Source of the DNA: Squalus acanthias
Taxonomy: Eukaryota
Assembly: GCA_030390025.1 (NCBI GenBank)
Contig: CM059431.1
Coordinates: forward strand, 135,038,001-135,102,000
DNA: 64,000 bases
Direction of reading: 5' to 3'
Below the pieces are notes generated by a model. That model ran no database searches. It was not told the origin of the DNA and saw only the letters and a list, made by a program, of their open reading frames with translations. The first letter of the stretch is position 1. Each line of letters starts with the position of its first letter. Made by a program: the position numbers and the translations under genes. Positions 24,000 through 37,294 of the stretch are shown one piece after another.

Positions 24000-26008
24000 A
24001 TATTCCGCTAAAAACAAGAACAAGCTAAACACTAATGAGACGCCATAGATGAATAAAGCCACAAGGGAAAAATTGAGGGTATGAAAAGAGGCATACATTA
24101 AGTACATGGACAGCAGGGGATAGCGTGATAAGGGAAACTACAAAGAGATTATGAGAGAAGGCAAAAAAAAAACAATTAGTAAGGCAAAGAGGAACTATGA
24201 AATTAAATTATCAAGGAACATAAAACAAATTAGTAAAATATTTTACAGGCACATCAATAAAAAAATGAAGGTCGGGATGGGAATAGGGCCACTTAGGGAT
24301 GGACAGGAAAATACCACAGGCAGTGATAGAGAGATGGCAGAAATATTAAATAATTACTTTGCTTCAGTATTTACCAGGGAGATAGAACAGGTAGACATGA
24401 CATTGAATCATGAGATTACTAATGAAATAACTGTATTTAAAATAAAAAGAGGAGATATATTAAATAAGCTAGTCAAACTCAAGGAGGAAAAAACCCCTGG
24501 ATAACATCCACACATTTTAAAGGAATCTAGGAAGAGATAGTAGAGACATTAATACACATACTTAATAATTCATTAGAAAAAGGTGTAGTGCCAGAGGACT
24601 GGCAGATAGCTAACATAATACCTATATTTAAGAAGGGAGATAAAACATGTCCAGGGAACTATAGACCAGTCAGCTTAACATCGGTAGTAGGAAAAATAAT
24701 GAAATCCCTACTAAAGGAGAAAATAGAAGAACATCTAGAAGCCAAAAATATAATAATGAACAGTCAGCATGGATTTCAAAAGAGAAAGTCTTGCTTGATC
24801 AACATCACTGATTTTTTTGAAGAATAGACATGGATAATGTAGTAGATATAATTTATCTAGATTTTCAAAAGGCCTTCGATAAGGTACCACATAATAGACT
24901 AATGAAAAAGGCCAGAGAATGCGGAGTCAGGGGACAAGTAGCAGAATGACTAGTTAGCTGGCTTCAAGACAGAAAGCAGAAAGTAAGGTTAAAAGGTAGC
25001 TATTCACAGTGGCAGAAGGTGGGTAGTAGTGTTCCACAAGGATCAGTGCTGGGACCACCGCTGTTCACAATTTATATTAACAATTTAGACTTTGGAATCA
25101 AAAACACAATTTCTAAATTTGCGGCTGACACCAAATTGGGGGGGGATAGTTTATACTGAGGAGGACTGCAACAAATTACAGGAAGACATTAAAAAACTTG
25201 CAGAGTGCGCATATAATTTTGGTAGGAAGAATAGGAAGGTCACTTATTACTTGGAGGGTGCGAGTCTGGGTGGGGTAGAGCAGCAAAGGGATCTCGGAGT
25301 ACAAATATACAAATCACTAAAAGTAGCGACACAGGTTAACAAGGCCATAAAAAAGCAAACTAGGCACTAGGGTTTATTTCTAGAGGGATAGAAGTGAAAA
25401 GTAGTGAAGTTATGCTAAACTTGTATCGAACCTTGGTTAGACCATACTTGGAGTACTGCGTACAATTCTGGTCACCATATTATAAAAAGGATATAGAGGC
25501 ACTGGAGAGGGTGCAGAGAAGATTTACAAGGATGATACCAGAAATGCGAGGATATACCTATCAGGAAAGGATGAACAGGCTGGGTCTCTTTTCACTCGAA
25601 AAAAAAGGCTGTGGGGTGACCTAATTGAGGTCTTTAAAATTATGAAAGGTTTTGATAGAGTAGATACAGAGAGAGTGTTTCCACTCATGGGGGAAAACAA
25701 AACTAGAGGCCATCAATATAAGATAGTCACCAAGAAATCAAACAGGGAATTCAGAAGAAACTTCTTTACCCAGAGAGTGGTGAGAATGTGGAACTCGCTA
25801 CTACAGTAAGTAGTTGAGGCAAATAGTATAGATGCATTTAAGGGGAGGCTAGATAAGCATATGAGAGTGAAGGGTTATGTTGATAGAGTTAGATGAGGAA
25901 AGACGGGAGGAGGCTTGAGTGGAGCATAAACGCCGGCATGGACTGGTTGGACCGAATGGCCTGTTTCTGTGCCGTATATCCTATGTAATCTTGTGTAATC
26001 CTATGTAA
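24000..26008 (+). mobile_element. Degraded CR1 LINE (RT and tail)
   Basis: PEDWQIANIIPIFKKG, YRPVSLTS, LVRPYLEYCVQFWSP; (ATCCTATGTA)n tail. Confidence 0.9.
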
Positions 26009-26605
26009 ACTACATACAGAGTGGTCTGCACAGAGTGCCTCTAAACAGAGTGTTAAAGTTGGGTATTTGGAGAGAGTGGAAGGGCTCGATTTTAATAGCC
26101 CTGAGGAGGCGGGTTTGGAGGTGGGTCTGTAGCGAAAATCAGAAAAAATGGCTTCAGACACCCAACCCGCCTCCATCCCACCCGATTTTCGTGAGTGTCT
26201 ATTTAGCCGCTCCCAAACTGACCCGACTGGAACCGATGGGACAGGTAGTTAAGGCAGCCTGTTAATTGCCTTGCTAATCCTATTTTTATAGTTGTTTCCC
26301 ATATTCATGCCTCTGGCCCCTGTTTCCCATCTTGTCAGAAACAGGCCAGCTGCAAGGAGACGAGTTGCTGGAGGACATGATTTGTAGTAATTGGTGGAGC
26401 ACTTTAAAAGCGCCCCTGAAACATGGCTGGCATTCAAATGCAACAACCTTGTTGTTGGGAGGTTTGGGATAAGATTTTGCAAATCTACTGACTTGACTGT
26501 TCAAGTTGACAGCCATCTGCAGTGTGACCTGATAGGAATAATTTCAGGCCACTTCTAGTGTGCGCTTGCAAGCTACTTGCCTCAAGTGAAATCTATAGCT
26601 ACGGG

Positions 26606-27812
26606 ATGGGAAGCATTTATATCCTCTCATCCTGGTCGTCAGATTTGGAGGAAGAGCAGCCGCGGCAGCACCATAACTAGCCACAACAGCAGCACCAGCA
26701 CCAGGAGCACCAACCTCCTCCTCACCCACTTGATGCTGCACAGGGCAGAGGGCGTCAGTGCAGGGCTGCACCTTGCTGCAGGAGATACCCCCAACACAGG
26801 GTTTACAGGCAGAGGATCAGCTTCCTCAGCGTGACTGAGCAGCAGTGCCAAAGGAGGCTGAGACTTTTGAGAGACGTAGTCGCTGACATCTGTGCAATGC
26901 TGCACCAAAACCTGGAGCCCAGAGGAGCGGGTGGGCACTCCTTACCAGTGGCTGTCAGAGTCACCACCGCACTCAACTTCTTTGCTTTGGGCTCCTTCCA
27001 GGGATCAGCTGCAGACATAAACGGCATCTCCCAGTCGGCCGCACACACCTGCATCATGCAGGTCACCGATGCCCTCTTTGCAAAGGCCCACAATTATATC
27101 CACTTCTCCACGATGGCCCAAGTGTGACGGCGTGTGCGGTTGGCTTTGCCAATATGGCAGGCTTGCCAATGGTGCAGGGCATCATTGACTGCACACATGT
27201 AACCATTAGGGCAACCCATCGCAACCCAGCTGTATTTGTCAACCGCAAGGGATTCCACTCCCTGAATGTCCAGCTGGTGTGTAACCACAGGAAGATCATC
27301 ATGCATGTTTGTGCAAAGTACACTGGCAGTTGCCATGACTCTTCATCAGCTAAACCAACTTTCAGGATGGCTTCTTGGCGACAAGGGCTATCCCCTGAAA
27401 AAGTGGCTTATGACACCGATGAGGAGGCCATCAAATGATGCTGAGGAGCGGTACAATTTGAGCTACATATCCACCAGAAGCATCATCGAGCAAACCAACG
27501 GCTTGCTCAAAATGCACTTCCGATGCCTAGCCACAACTGGAGGAGCCTTGCAGTATGCACCAGCCAGGGTGTCCAGAATCGTTGTGGTCTGCTGTGCTCT
27601 GCACAACATCACACAGCAGCGCGGCTTAGTGCTGCCGCATGAACAAGTAGCTCAGCACACAGCCTCCTCTGAGGAAGAGGACAAGGAAGAGGATGAGGAG
27701 GAGGACGAGGAGTGACGCTTTGCGGGGCCGGATGTGGCCAATCCAGCAGCAGGCGAACACATTGCTGGCCGTCAGGGCAAGGGATGCACAAATCCATGAC
27801 AGATTCGCGTAA
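26606..27812 (+). pseudogene. Harbinger transposase pseudogene
   Basis: MGSIYILSSWSS...[11 protein letters not shown]...GIIDCTHV...LLGDKGY...CCALHN...EEED, with frameshifts and a deletion. Confidence 0.88.
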
Positions 27813-29232
27813 GCTTACGCTTCAACCACAGGTGGCTGGCACATGGAGATCCCGAGCAACCACATCTGCAGCAAGTGTCTGCAACTCGAGGAACTTCGGC
27901 TCAGAATTGTTGAGCTGGAGTACGAGCTGCAGACATTGCGATGCATCAGGGAGGGGGAGTGTTACCGGGACACTTTGTTCCAGGAGGCAGTCACACCCTT
28001 TAGATTAAGTAGTACTTTAGAGTTCATCAGTGGTCAGGGACAGGAGGGTGTGACTGCGAGTCAGGAAGGTATGGGGACCCAGGATGTAGTGATGGAGGAG
28101 CCTTAGCCCTGGACCTTGTCCAACAGGTATGAGGTACTTTATACCTGTATGGATGAGGAAAAGGACTGCAGGGAGGATGGGCAAACTGACCACAGTCCTG
28201 TGGTACAAGGGGCCATCCAAATGGGGGGAGAAGGAAGGAATGTGGTAGTAGTAAGGGACAGTATAGTTAGAGGGGCTAGATACTGTTCCCTGCAGCCGTG
28301 AAAGAGAGTCCCGAAGGCTGTGTTGCCTGCCCAGTGCCAGGGTTAAGGATATCTCCTTGCAGGCTGGAGAAAAACTTGGAGTGGGAGGGGGAGGATCTAG
28401 TTGTTGTGGTCCGTGTAGGAACCAACGACATAGGTAGAACTAAGAATCAGGTTCTGCTGAGGGAGTTTGAGGAGCTAGGGTCTAAATTAATAAGCAGAAC
28501 CACAAGGGAAATAATCCTGGATTACTTCCTGAGCCACGCGCAAATTGGCATAGGGTCATGCAGATCAGAGAGTTAAATGCATGGCTCAAAGAGTGGTGTG
28601 GGAAAAAGGGGTTTCAATTCATGGGGCACTGGTACCAGTACTGGGGAAAGAAGGTGCTGTTTCGTCGGGATGGGCTCCACTTAAACCAGGCTGGGACCAG
28701 CGTCCTGGTGAATCAAATAACTAGGGCTGTAGATAGGGCTTTAAACTAAAAAAAGGGGGGAGGGGTCAGGTGAGGGGAAATTTAGAAATCTAAAGAGAAA
28801 GGTCAAGGCAATAGAGCAGTGTAGCGATTTGGGTAAAAATAAGCAGAGTGTGACAGGAAGGGACAGAGAATTTAATGGTAGCAGTGCAGCAGAGAATAAG
28901 GTCAAAGCAGGGAACAATGGTAAAAAAAATTAAATTAAAGTCTCTTTATCTGAATGCACAAAGCATTCGTAACACAATAGATGAACTATTGGCACAAATA
29001 GAGATAAATGGGTTTGATCTAATAGCCATTACAGAGACATGGTTGCAAGCTGGCCAAGGTTGGGAACTAAATGTTCCAGGGTACTTGACATTTCGAAAAG
29101 ATAGGCAGAATGGAAAAGAAGGGGGAATAGCCCTGATAATAAAGGATGACATAAGGACAGTAGCGAGAAAGGATCTTGGCTCAGAAGATCAGGAAGTAGA
29201 ATCAGTATGGCTGGAGATAAGGAATAAGAAGG

Positions 29233-29395
29233 TGGCGGAGCGGGCCCAGGGGCTGAGTGGCCGGGTCCTGCTCCTACTTCTTGTGTTCTTTAGATTTGAG
29301 GTTAGGATCAGATCAGCCATGATCTTATTGAATGGCAGAGCAGGCTCGAGGGGCCGATTGGCCTACTCCTGCTCCTATTTCTTATGTTCTTATGT
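29233..29395 (+). mobile_element. Short CR1 3' end with duplicated terminal hairpin, inserted in the CR1 endonuclease
   Basis: Two tandem versions of TGGCGGAGC...TGGCC...TCCTGCTCCTA.TTCTT.TGTTCTT. Confidence 0.75.
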
Positions 29396-30400
29396 AAAAC
29401 ATTGGTCGGAGTAGTATATAGGCCCCTTAACAGTAGCTATACCGTTGGACAGAATATTAATCAAGAAATAGTAGGAGCTTGCATCAAAGGTAATGCAATA
29501 ATCTTGGGGGACTTTAATCTTCATATAGACTGGACAAATCAAATTGGCAAAGGTAGGCTGGAGGATGAGTTCATGGAATGCATTCGGGACAGTTTCCTAG
29601 AACAATATGTCATGGAACCAATCAGGGAACAGGCTATTTTAGATCTTGTATTGTGTAATTAGACAGGGTTAATTAGCAATCTCATAGTAAAGGATCCTCT
29701 GGGGCAGAGTGATCATAATATGATAGAATTTTACATTAATTTTGAGAGTGACTTGCCGAAGTCCGAAACTAGAATCTTAAACTTAAATAAAACCAATTAC
29801 ATAGGTATGAGGGGTGAGTTGGCTAAGGTAGATTGGAAAAATAGATTAAACGGTATGGCAGTAGATAAGCAGTGGTTAGCATTTAAAGAAATATTTCATA
29901 ATTCTCAACAAAAATACATTCCAGTGAGAAACAAAAACTCCACGGGAAAAGTGATCCAACCATGGCTAACTAAAGAAGTTAAGGATAGATTGAAAGAAGA
30001 AGCTTATAATGTTGCAAAGAATAATAGTAAGCCTGAGGATTGGGAGAGTTTCAGAAACCAGCAAAGGTTGACCAAAAAATTGATAAAAAGGGAAAAAATA
30101 GAATATGAGAGAAAACTAGCAAGAAATATAAAAGCAGATTGTAAGAGTTTCTATAAGTATGTAAAAAGGAAAAGTGTAGCAAAAGTAAACGTTGGTCCCT
30201 TAGAGGCTGAGACAGGAGAAATTATTATGGGGAATAAGGAAATGGCAGAAACGTTAAACAAATATTTTGTATCTGTCTTCACAGTAGAAGATTCAAAAAG
30301 CATACCAAAACTGGTGGGGAACCAAGGGTCTAATGAAGGTGAGGAACTTAACATAATTAATATCGGTAGAGAAAAAGTACTAGAGAAACTAATGGGACTA

Positions 30401-30516
30401 ATAGAGTCATAGAGTTATACAGCACCAGCCATCAAGCCCTGTCTATTCTAATCCCATTTTCCAGCACTTGGTCCATAGCCTTGTATGCTATGGCATTTCA
30501 AGTGCTCATCTAAATG
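30401..30516 (-). mobile_element. CR1 3' tail fragment inserted in CR1
   Basis: Reverse complement of the tail at about 57365-57508; possible CTA duplication. Confidence 0.75.
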
Positions 30517-30948
30517 CTAGATGCCAACAAAACCCCTGGACCTGACGGCCTACATCCTAGGGTTCTAAAAGAGATGGCTGAAGAGATAGTGGATGCATTG
30601 GTTTTGATCTTCCAAAATTCCCTAGATTCTGGAGAGGTCCCAGCAGATTGGAAGGTCGCAAATGTAACACCGCTATTCAAGAAAGGAGGGAGAGAAAAAA
30701 CAGATAACTACAGGCCAGTTAGCCTGACATCAGTCGTCTGGAAAATGCTGGAATCCATTGTTAAGGAAGTGGTATCAGGGCACTTAGAAAATCATAACAT
30801 GATTAGGCAGAGTCAACATGGTTTTATGAAAGGGAAATCATGTTTGACAAATTTATTCGAGTTTTTTGAGGATGTAACTAGCGGGGTAGATAAAGGGGAA
30901 CCAGTAGATGTAGTATATTTGGATTTCCAGAAGGCATTCGATAAGGTG

Positions 30949-32651
30949 TGTAAGGGGTTTCGTAGCCTGTGATTCTTTGCTATTGCTTGCTCTGGTCTCC
31001 GGCCAGACCTCTTGCAATAATCACCCGTGAGTGGTTCGACCCACTCGCCCTTACGGTTCTGACACCTAGACTTAGATGCAAAGGAGCAGTAATGCAGAGA
31101 AGGACTCAAATAGACCTGGTTGAATAATACGAAATGAATGCCTTTATTGTACGGTGTCCGAAATAATGAAATACATGTCATATGCGCAGATCAAAGAAAT
31201 TACAAGTATACACACGTCTATAAATCTTGTTCTATACAAACGGGGAACACACGGCACATCGTAAAGGGGATAACACATTACAAATTACCCTTAAAAACCA
31301 CCCTCCCCTATAATACCTAAACTAAGTCTGGATTTGTAGGATCGGGAAACATGCTCACCACTCGGGTTATTTCGGAATTTAAAATGAGGCTCGCTGCTTT
31401 TCGTTGCAGCCCCTGGCTGCCACGTGGCTGTGGGAGCTTCTGGGCACGACTTGTTTACTCTCGCTGCTGCGATGGACCCACTCGGGTCAGCCCTGATGAA
31501 CATTCGTCGCGGATGGCCCAGGCTATTCGCTCAAATAACCAGAAGAAAAGGCCTGTCTTTCCTGATGTCATGAAATATTCGGTAGGATTCAAAGAGTGGG
31601 TTTGAACCTACTTCGTCGCTTATCTTCGGGCGCGGTCGGGGTTTGACTGACCGTGCCGGCTCCTACGTGGAATTCTTCTCGTCGCTCGGGCCTCGTTTGG
31701 CCGAAGTTCCTGCCTTCTTGACTGACAGCGGCTGGTCGTTCGGGAACACACCGCTGCGTTGCCCTGATGGATCCGGACACTGATTACCGACGATCGGGAT
31801 GGTGTACCCTGCTGCCTGCCGTGTCGAGGTGGCTCGTCCTGAGGTTCCGTTCCTGACCGAATGTGAGCCTCTGCCCAAAACGAGCAACAACCACCACCCA
31901 ACCAACCGACCGACCGACCGAACGACCGAACGAACCAACCAACGAACGAACGAACAACCAAGCCTGATGGACATTCTTCTTCTATAGTTATACTGTTGGA
32001 ACGGGCCTTATCTCCCGCTCAAATCAAGATGCTGTCTTTTGTTTTAATTTTGGCGCCCAAAGTTCTCGGTATGGGGTAATTGTCTCTTCAACTGGTGTCG
32101 GGATCACTCGAAACTGGCCCAACTACCCGTTAATGTCTTACTCATTGTTAGGCTGGGTGGAATTTGTATAATTGTCTCCTCAACTGGTTTCGGGATCACT
32201 CGAAACTGGCCCAACCACCCGTTAATGTCTTTCCCATTGTTGGGCTGGGTGGAATTTGTATAATGATGTGTCTGGATGGGCCCCGACCGTCCGGTGCAAC
32301 GACTCCTCACCGTGCATTTAAAACGAGTCAAGCACTTAGTTTATTGTTCTGTCCAAAACGCAAATGGGTTGCATCCTGCCTTCCCAATCTGTACTGTGCA
32401 TGATCTCATTATAAATGTATTTTCAGCGCCTTCTTGTCTGAGCCACTACGACTGGTTTTCACGGATTTTTTTATTACTGCAGTGGCTGAGTGCTCACCAT
32501 GTTCTGGAAAGCCTGTCACGATGCTCGGCGGCCATTTTACAAGGCTGCTATACCTTTTTTTTTAAAGTAGCAGCCTTTCGTTCAATAAAATGTTCAATTA
32601 AACTTGCTTCTCTCCTTATTATTAAAATCGTGATAATTGCGAAAATCTACA
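30949..32651 (-). mobile_element. Solo LTR (1703 bp) of an LTR retrotransposon or ERV
   Basis: TGTAAG...CTACA ends with an exact 4-bp TSD GGTG (30945-30948, 32652-32655) that splits the CR1 motif FDKV|PHK. Minus-strand AATAAA near 31143, TATA-like sequence near 31990, and a tandem duplication of about 92 bp at 32079-32262. Confidence 0.85.
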
Positions 32652-33946
32652 GGTGCCACATAAAAGGTTATTACACAAGATTAGGGCTCATGGGGTTGGG
32701 GGTAATATAATAGCATGGATAGAGGATTGGTTAAAAACAGAGAGTAGGGATAAGCAGATCTTTTTCAGGTTGGCAGGCTGTAACTAGTAGGATGCCACAA
32801 AGATCAGCGTTGGGGCCTCAGCTATTTACAATCTATATTAATGACCTAGATGAAGGGATCGAGTGTAATGTATCCAAGTTTGTTGATGATACAAAGCTAG
32901 GTGGGACAGTAATCTGTGAGGAGAACACAAAGAGTCTGCAAAGGGATATAGATAGACTATGTGAGTGGGCAGTAAGGTGGCAGATGGAGTATAATGTAGG
33001 GAAATATGAGGTTATTCACTTTGGTAGGAAGAATAAAAACACAGAATATTTTTTAAATGGTGAGAAACTTTCAAATGTTGGTGTTCAGAGAGATTTGGGT
33101 GTCTTCGTGCAAGAAACACAGAAAGCTGGCATGCAGGTACAGCAAGCAATAAGGAAGGCAAATGGCATGTTAGCCTTTATTGCAAGGGGGTTGGAGTATA
33201 AGAGTAAGGAAGTCTTGCTACAACTGTACAGGGCCTTGGTGAGACCACACCTGGAGTACTGTGCACAGTTCTGGTCTCCTTATCTAAGGAAGGATATACT
33301 TGCCTTGGAGGCGGTGCAATGAAGGTTCACTAGATTGATTCCTGGGATGAGAGGGCTGTCCTATGATGAGAGATGTGTAGAATGGGCCTATACTCTCTGG
33401 AGTTTAGAAGAATGAGAGGTGATCTCATTGAAACATACAAGATTCTGAAGGGGATTGACAGTAGATGCAGAGAGGTTGTTTCCCCTGGCTGGAGTGTCTA
33501 GAACTAGGGGGCATAGTCTCAGGATAAGGGATAGACCATTTAAGACCAAGATGAGGAGGAATTTCTTCACTCAGAGGGTTGTGAATCTTTGGAATTCTCT
33601 GCCCCAGAGGGCTGTGAATGCTGAGTCTTTGAGTATATTCAAGGCTGAGGTAGATAGATCTTTGGACTCTAGGGGAATCAAGGGATATGGAGATCGGGCA
33701 GGAAAGTAGAGTTGAGGTCGATGATCAGCCATGATCTTATTGAATGGCGGAGCAGGGTCGAGGGGCCGTATGGCCTACTCCTGCTCTTACTTCTTATGTT
33801 CTTATGATCTTATAAGTCTGACATCCTCAAAACCCCAGGCATCATCTGTCTACTAAAGCGCTCAGTGTCACCACCATCATTTTACATGGCATTCGCCCTG
33901 AGCCCTCCCTCTTGAACATCCATTTCCCAGAACACAGAGGCCACAC

Positions 33947-34200
33947 TTTAGGTGATCTCAGCAGATCATTAAACCTTTTTCGATACTGAACCCATGTGCG
34001 TCTGCACACAGACCTCGGACTCAACTCCTCAGCAATTTGCAGCCAAGCTGCCTTGGTTTGCTAAGGAGGCCTCCTCCTTCCATTTCCAGGGAAGAGGACC
34101 TCCTGCCGTTCTCTAACTCCCTCCACAAGCGCATTCAGGGAGCCCTCATTGTATCTGGCTGCTGCCTTAGTTTTTGAGGCTGCTATTCCTGCAGCAGCCA
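33947..34200 (-). pseudogene. Harbinger Myb/SANT exon 1 remnant
   Basis: RYNEGSLNALVEGVRERQEVLFP...WLQIAEELSPRSVCRRTWVQYRKRFNDLLRSPK|GT, with an in-frame stop. Confidence 0.8.
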
Positions 34201-34773
34201 GCACCTTTAAGAGAATAAAAGCATTAATACAACTGGCATTATTTTCATTTCTTAGTCACATACTACATTGATAGATAAAACAATCATAAATGTCTTTCTG
34301 GAATAATATGACCAGCAATTTCATTCAATTATTTGTGTTCACACCAGCCGCTGTCAACTCCCCTTTCTAGATAACCAAGCCATTCCGGTTACATTTTTTG
34401 CAAAGGGGACATGGCCCCTTTAAATTTTTACTCCAAAAATGCGTCATTAGACGCGAGAAACTGACACGCTCCAAGCAATTGCCTGGAGGGACCCGCACGC
34501 CGGCTGTAACGAGGCCAATGAAGCAAAAATTGGAACTGTGGGCCGGCGGCATCCGGGAGCGGGTCCGAAAGCTGCCAAGCAGCGGGCCCGCCCTTAACCT
34601 GCCTCCTCTATAAAAATGCAGCCCAAAGGATCTGGTAAGTACTGGGTAAGTACCAGCTGTAAAAAGTGAAATTTATAATTGAACATTTTTAATTTAACTT
34701 CGAACTTTAAAATCTGTAGTTAACAGAAACTGCCTGTCAGTGGCAGTTAACTGTCAATCAGCTGGACGTGTTT

Positions 34774-37292
34774 GGGGTTGATTTTCTCACTGGAGGCGAG
34801 ATGGAGGCGGGTTTCGGCTTGGGTGTGTCTGAAACTCGCCTCCACTGATAGTTTTTAAAAAATTGAGATTTTCCCATGATTGGCCACTTGATTTCAGAGG
34901 TGTGGGATACCTTGCTGAATTAGTGTTTTGGGACTGAAACTCGCCTCTGTTGACAGCACTTTTCCAGTCTGATTTTATGGCTTCTTGCTCCCTTGGCTCA
35001 TTCCACAGCATTTCTGCTTCTCCTGCACCACCTCCAACATCTTTTGAGATACATATATCCAATTCCAAGGCAAGGGCCTAACCGAGGCTCTCAGATGAGG
35101 CGCTGCAAATGTTGTTTGAGGGGGTGAGAACTAGCATGGAGGTGCTCTTCCACTCATCTCGGAGGAAGAGGCCTGCCAAAGAAACCAAGGCTGTGTGGGT
35201 ACAGCTGGCAAGGGATATAAGCTCCAGATCTGTGTGTAGATTGGGAGACTGTTTCTGTGTATTGATGAAATGCCATCCCTGTTGGAAAGCATTAACATGA
35301 TTTGATGCCAAAATGTTGTCGTTATGCCATCTGTTACTTAGTCGTAGGCAGCTCCACATTGCGGGCAACGCCACACTTGCGTTGTCAGGTTGGTGGCCTG
35401 ACTGAAAGGAGGCCAGAGAGTCATGTCCATTGTCAATGAAGTCCTAGCATGGAGCCAAGGACATGTGCCAACTTGGCCAACCTATACAAATCTGGCCATG
35501 ATAAGTTCATCCCTTGCATCCCTGGCAGCCATGTGCTCGCGTGCTGCCACTGCCGCTTGTCGAAACACCGGCGCTCTGACCTCCTCCTACTCCTCCTCCT
35601 CCTGCTGCTCCTCCTCCTGCTCCTCCTCCTCCTGCTCCTCCTCCTCCAGATCCTCCTCCTCGTCCTCAGCTTCCTCCTCATCCTCATCCTCATCTGAGGA
35701 GGGCTGGAACTGAGCCGCTTGCTCATCAGGAAGCTGTAAGCCACGACACTGTGCGATGTTGTGCAGTGTACAGCAGACCACAACCATTCTGGAGACCCTG
35801 AATGGTGTATACTGCAGGGCTCCACCTGATTGGTCAAGGCAATGGAAGCACATCTTCAGCAACCCAATGGTCTGCTCTATGATGGACCTGGTCGAAGTGT
35901 GGCTGGCGTTGTAGCGCTCTTCAGCCTTGTTAGCTGGCCTCCTGATCGGCATCATTAGCCACTTCTTCAGGGGATAGCCTTTGTCACCAAGGAGCCATCC
36001 ATTAAGTTGGTTTGGTGGATTGAAAAGCGGAGGAGCATTAGAGTGCCGCAGGATGAAAGAATCATGGCAACGGCCAGGGTACATGACGCAAACATGCAGC
36101 TGTACATTGAGGGAGTGGAAGCCCTTTCGGTTGACAAAGATAGCTGGGTTGTGATGGGGTGCCCTAAGGGCCACATGTGTGCAGTTTATGACGCTCTGCA
36201 CCATTGGCATGCCTGCCATATTTGCGAATCCAACCGAACGGGCGGTTATACTTGCTTGATCCCTTGTGAACTGGATGTAATTGTGGGACTTAGCAAAAAG
36301 GGCATCGGTAACCTGGGTGATGCACCTGTGGGCGGCTGACTGGGAGATGCCGCTGATGTCTGCTGATGATCCCTGGAAGGAGCCTGAGGCAAAGAAGTTG
36401 AGTGCGGTGGTGACTTTGACAGCCACTGGTAAGGGGTGTCCACCCGTTCCTCTGGGCACCAGGTCTTGCTGCAGCAGTGCGCAGATCTCTTGGACAACCT
36501 CTCACGAAAGTCTCAACCTCCTTTGGCACTGCTGCTCACTCATGTTGAGGCAGCTCATCCTTTGTCTGTAAACCCTCTGTCGGGGGTATCCCCTGCGGCA
36601 AGGTGTCTTGATGCGCTGGCGCCTTCTGCCCTGTGCAGCATCAGGTGGCTGAGCAGGAGGTTGGGGCTGCAGCTGATGTTGCTGCTGAGCTGCCTGTTCT
36701 GCTGCTGCCCTGGATGGTCCTCATCCTCATCTGAGGTCCAAGGTGAAAGGAAATTAATGTTTCCAATTCTGCTGGCAGATGCCTCCTCTGGGGAAGCGCT
36801 CATTGTAAGCGGGGCGAGAGTCTTCACAGGAGGTCCCACAGTTGATGAAGTCAAGCTGTAGCACCTCTGACTTCGGAAGGCATACTAAAAGTGCTCAGAG
36901 ACCTTTTAAAGCCAAGGTCTGGCCCCTGCAAGTAATCCTTGCTGCAGTGAACGATGTCTTGTAGACCTGCAGCAGGGAGGAGACCACCCACGAGTCAACC
37001 CGCCAGGTTTACCCGGCGTGGTTCAGAAGTTGCGTGAAGCACGCCAAAATGATGGGAAATTCACGAGGGCCTCTCAAAATAGGCTTAGAGAGGCCCTTAA
37101 CAAGCATTTGCAGACGTTAATTAACGCAATGGCCAGCTGGAGGCGGGAGCGTTTCCCGACCTCCAAAACCGGCACCGGCAAAATCCCACGGAGGCGGCTT
37201 GGAGTCGGGTTTCGAACCTCACCTCATTGATTCTAATTTTCCCGCCTATCCCAACTCCAAACCCGCCTCCTCCGGCGTCAGAAATCGCCCCC
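34774..37292 (-). mobile_element. Harbinger transposon (internally deleted), reverse orientation
   Basis: Ends GGGGTTGATTTT / GAAATCGCCCCC, flanks TTT/TAT. Myb fragment on + (about 35060-35240, LFEGVR...KAVWVQLA); transposase on -. Confidence 0.85.
35482..36770 (-). pseudogene. Harbinger transposase pseudogene with expanded poly-Glu tail
   Basis: ORF 35587-36459 with GDKGY, IEQTIG and CCTLHN. First catalytic D appears as N (VINCTHV), there is a small in-frame deletion, and a TAG interrupts the (GAG)n tract. Confidence 0.88.
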
Positions 37293-37294
37293 TA

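Larger units (their letters stand above)
27845..33808 (+). mobile_element. Near full-length degenerate CR1 LINE (ORF1 and ORF2) carrying three insertions
   Basis: ORF1 HICSKCLQLEELRLRIVELE and esterase motifs; ORF2 YLNAQSI, IAITETW, GDFN, RT motifs; TTCTTATG tail. Confidence 0.92.
26082..34624 (+). mobile_element. Harbinger transposon split by a nested CR1
   Basis: Left TIR GGGCTCGATTTT (26082) and right TIR AAAATGCAGCCC (34624), flanks GAA/AAA. Transposase lies left of the CR1 and Myb exon 1 right of it. Pairing the two ends is an inference. Confidence 0.7.
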
